From contig BTVY01000046.1 in the NCBI GenBank assembly GCA_045863335.1, positions 1 through 60,294 on the forward strand: a DNA stretch of 60,294 bases, read 5' to 3'. The stretch is from Candidatus Hydrogenedentota bacterium (lineage in GTDB: Bacteria > Hydrogenedentota > Hydrogenedentia > Hydrogenedentales > SLHB01). The notes under the pieces were generated by a model. It saw nothing but the letters and a program-made list of their open reading frames with translations, ran no database searches and was not told the origin of the DNA. Within the stretch, counting starts at the first letter, position 1, and the number at the start of each line of letters is the position of its first letter. Below are positions 57,780 to 60,294 of this stretch, in pieces. Made by a program: the position numbers and the translations under genes.

Positions 57780-59885
57780 TTGTGGAGATATGAGACAGTG
57801 TCAGATCCGGTGGCGGACTCGTTCTGGGAATCTTTTGGCGCGAAGCGGTGGCTCCTGGCCGTGCCGCCAGGGATCGCGATCGTTCAGATTGAACTCATGA
57901 AGGCCTTGCGATCGTCGTTCTGGGCAGGATTCAATGCCACGGAATGGATCGCCATTGGGCTTGCTCTCGTCGCGTTCTGCCTGGTGATAGGAATCGGCGC
58001 GTGGCTACTGGAAGCGTTTCTGCGTATGGTCCGCGTGCTGCCTCATCCGGGCCCGGGAACGATCGCCGCGTTGCACTGGGTGATAGCGGCGGCAATATGG
58101 ATGCTGTTGACTATCGCGGGTCAAACAGCCGGGGCACGATCGAACCTGGCCCTATGCTCGATCCTGATTGCAGCAGGGATAGCTGCGGCAACGCTTGCCC
58201 GCGTTCGCCGACTAGGCCCCACCGCAACTGCTCTGATCGCCACGATTTCGGTCGCCGCCGGAATCGTGACGACACTCGCTTGCGGGCTCTCCTTGACCTT
58301 CGAGATCGTAAAGCGCGCCGAACTGATTCTCATCCTGCCGCCGCTTGCGATAGCAGCCACCGGCGCCGTTCTCGTTCTCGTCGTTTCACTCGTCCGCGAT
58401 GCCGCACGCCGGGTGGCGGGCGTCGTTCTCGTGACCGCACTCTTCCTGGGGCTGCCAATCGTGGCGCTTCCGCGCCTAGTCACCGGCGCGCCGTCCGAGG
58501 GTAGCGAGAAGTTGAATCTGTTGCTGATCACCAGCGATGCCCTTCGGGCGGACTATTGCTCGACCTACGGCGGCCACGTCCCCACTCCGGCGCTGGATCG
58601 GCTTCGGAACGAGGGCGTACGGTTTCCGAACTCGTATTCCCTGGCTCCGTGGACCGTGCCGGCCATGTACGGAATGTTCTCCTCGTCCTATCCGGCCAGT
58701 CTTACGATAGGCGCCGACCGCGAAACGTGGCGCCGCGACATCACGTTGTATCGCTTCAGCACGAAAGAACCGACCTTGGCGGAGCGTCTCGAGGCAACCG
58801 GGTATTACACAGCCGCGTTTGTTGGCAACCCGGTCCTGGACGATCCGGACGGTCTCCTGCGCGGAATGCAGCACTCTATCGTGTATCCTGCCCACACGCC
58901 GGTCTATCGGGGCCCGCTTCTGGGTCTGCCAACTCTTCGCGAGGCCCTCCGCAATGTTGCGCCCGATCTGGTTCCGTTGCGGCAGGCGGATACGGTTCGC
59001 ATTCAAACCGAGCAAGCGTTGGCGTTCCTGGACCGCCACCGGCAAGCGCCATTCTTCCTATGGGTTCATTTCATCGATCCTCACACGCCATACGACCCGC
59101 CTGACGAGTATCGCACCATGGACGGGCCATGGTCTCTGTTCTCGCCTCAAGCCCCATACTGGCCTTCACCGCAATTGCAGGACGACGGCAGCATCGAGGT
59201 CGCTGAGGAGGACGTCCCGTACGTGCGCCATCTCTATGAAGGCGAGATCCAATACATGGACCGTCACGTGGACGGCATTCTCAATGCGTTGGACGGGATA
59301 GGATTGGCCGACAACACCATCGTCTGTTTCTCAGCGGACCATGGGGAGGAATTCTGGGATCACGGCCGCTATGGTCACGGACAATCTGTCTACAACGAAC
59401 TAATTCGCGTGCCCCTCCTGTTCCGAGGACCGGGAATTGGCGCCGGGGTTGACGTGGAAGCGCCGGTGTCCGGCCTGGACCTGATGCCAACCTTTGCCGA
59501 GCTGCTCGGCATCAAATCGACGGGATGGCGTGGGACCAGCCTCGTGGCTGACATGAAGGGATCGCCGTCGCCGCGCCCGCCCGTATTTTCTCGTGGGACC
59601 AATCGTTATGCGTGGCCGGACACGTTCGAGGCGGTCGTTCGCGGCAATTACAAACTGATTCAGAACTCGCGGACGGAGTCGTACCTCCTTTTCGATTTGC
59701 TGACAGATACCGGCGAAACGGTGGATATCTCCGGAGAAAACCCTGAGATTGCGTCTGAACTGCTCCGCGCCTTGGCGGAATGGCGGACCGCGCTCTCGTC
59801 ATCGGTCGCCGACCAGGCACCGCCGGACGCCGGCCCGGACGAGAACATGGAGGAGTTGCTTCGGTCTATCGGCTATATCGAATAG
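57780..59885 (+). CDS. Membrane-anchored sulfatase/alkaline-phosphatase-superfamily protein with Thr at the nucleophile position
   Basis: N-terminal TM helices; ITSDALRAD, PWTVPA, HFIDPHTPY, ADHGEEF. Start uncertain (57780 or 57897). Confidence 0.82.
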   Translation: MWRYETVSDPVADSFWESFGAKRWLLAVPPGIAIVQIELMKALRSSFWAGFNATEWIAIGLALVAFCLVIGIGAWLLEAFLRMVRVLPHPGPGTIAALHWVIAAAIWMLLTIAGQTAGARSNLALCSILIAAGIAAATLARVRRLGPTATALIATISVAAGIVTTLACGLSLTFEIVKRAELILILPPLAIAATGAVLVLVVSLVRDAARRVAGVVLVTALFLGLPIVALPRLVTGAPSEGSEKLNLLLITSDALRADYCSTYGGHVPTPALDRLRNEGVRFPNSYSLAPWTVPAMYGMFSSSYPASLTIGADRETWRRDITLYRFSTKEPTLAERLEATGYYTAAFVGNPVLDDPDGLLRGMQHSIVYPAHTPVYRGPLLGLPTLREALRNVAPDLVPLRQADTVRIQTEQALAFLDRHRQAPFFLWVHFIDPHTPYDPPDEYRTMDGPWSLFSPQAPYWPSPQLQDDGSIEVAEEDVPYVRHLYEGEIQYMDRHVDGILNALDGIGLADNTIVCFSADHGEEFWDHGRYGHGQSVYNELIRVPLLFRGPGIGAGVDVEAPVSGLDLMPTFAELLGIKSTGWRGTSLVADMKGSPSPRPPVFSRGTNRYAWPDTFEAVVRGNYKLIQNSRTESYLLFDLLTDTGETVDISGENPEIASELLRALAEWRTALSSSVADQAPPDAGPDENMEELLRSIGYIE

Positions 59886-59972
59886 GCATATTCAAAATCA
59901 GCACGACCGCGCCGAACAGGTTACGGCCTGTACGTTATGGACAGTTTCAGTGCTAAGAGTCGGACAGTTTTC

Positions 59973-60002
59973 TTGACTAAAACGGGGGCAGGTTGCTACA
60001 AT
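59973..60002 (+). promoter_or_regulatory. Sigma70 promoter of the 6S RNA
   Basis: TTGACT-18 nt-TACAAT with extended -10 TG. Confidence 0.7.
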
Positions 60003-60019
60003 TCGGACTGGAACTATGC

Positions 60020-60204
60020 TTTTCCCTGCCGTGTTCGATATGGGCGGAGAAACTTTGTACCTTAGTCTTTTGAACCGGGAGCCCGACATCCGTTGTAGCT
60101 AACGACAGGCCGCCAGTGAGTGGAAGTCGGCCGGCTATCGTGAGGGCACCCCCTTAGCGGGTAGGTTCAAGAGTTTCCCACCCAACGGCAATGTGCGGGG
60201 AAAA
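60020..60204 (+). ncRNA. ssrS: 6S RNA
   Basis: About 185 nt. Ends pair (TTTTCCCTGC/GCGGGGAAAA; GAAACT/AGTTTC; TTGAACC/GGTTCAA). Internal GGGAGC and GAGGGCACCC and 3' CGGCAATGTGCGGGG resemble known 6S RNAs. Has its own promoter and terminator. Confidence 0.8.
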
Positions 60205-60210
60205 ATTCTG

Positions 60211-60243
60211 AGCGGGACCTGAAAAGTGTCCCGCTTTTCTTTT
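60211..60243 (+). terminator. Rho-independent terminator of the 6S RNA
   Basis: AGCGGGAC...GTCCCGCT stem followed by TTTCTTTT. Confidence 0.87.
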
Positions 60244-60294
60244 GTGCGCCCGGCAGGGCGCGTTCACTTGAGGGTGCAAGTCCCTTACAGGCCT
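60244..60294 (+). mobile_element. 5' end of a group II intron, class IIC (continues beyond the window)
   Basis: GTGCGCCCGGCAGGGCGCG...GAGGGTGCAAGTCCCTT begins right after a terminator U-tract, the IIC target context. Confidence 0.8.

Noticed and set aside
60020-60204. tRNA suggested by GGTTCAA
   Set aside because: No cloverleaf; the motif pairs with TTGAACC in a long rod, consistent with 6S RNA.

Overview
GC-rich chromosomal window from a diderm bacterium. The gene content (Tat-exported sulfatases and glycosidases, GH42-like protein, orphan pilin, DUF1080, PmoA-like protein) suggests Candidatus Hydrogenedentota or a PVC-like lineage; this is an inference. About 45 CDS can be supported, mostly housekeeping, envelope and glycan-use genes (EF-G-like, dGTPase, PNP, galK, murJ, lnt, def, recR, can, GH29, GH109-like, sulfatases, leuA, apaG, an ECF/anti-sigma pair, Gdx/SugE, CLC). 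The best candidate for an undescribed system is a minus-strand operon at 15164-19152. It has its own sigma70 promoter and encodes a miniature Skp/OmpH-like protein, a TPR lipoprotein and two tandem secretins that both lack all N-domains. It is followed by lnt and murJ and is divergent from an exported GH42-like protein that appears catalytically dead. Other notable items: an exported Memo pseudoenzyme paired with AMMECR1; a soluble TPR protein carrying a PilC/GspF-type N-terminus; a leucine attenuator plus a second tiny uORF ahead of a short leuA; a sigma54/IHF pilin promoter; a four-level nest of REP/MITE insertions; and a 6S RNA whose terminator is followed by the 5' end of a class IIC group II intron. 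All calls come from reading motifs by eye; no searches were run.
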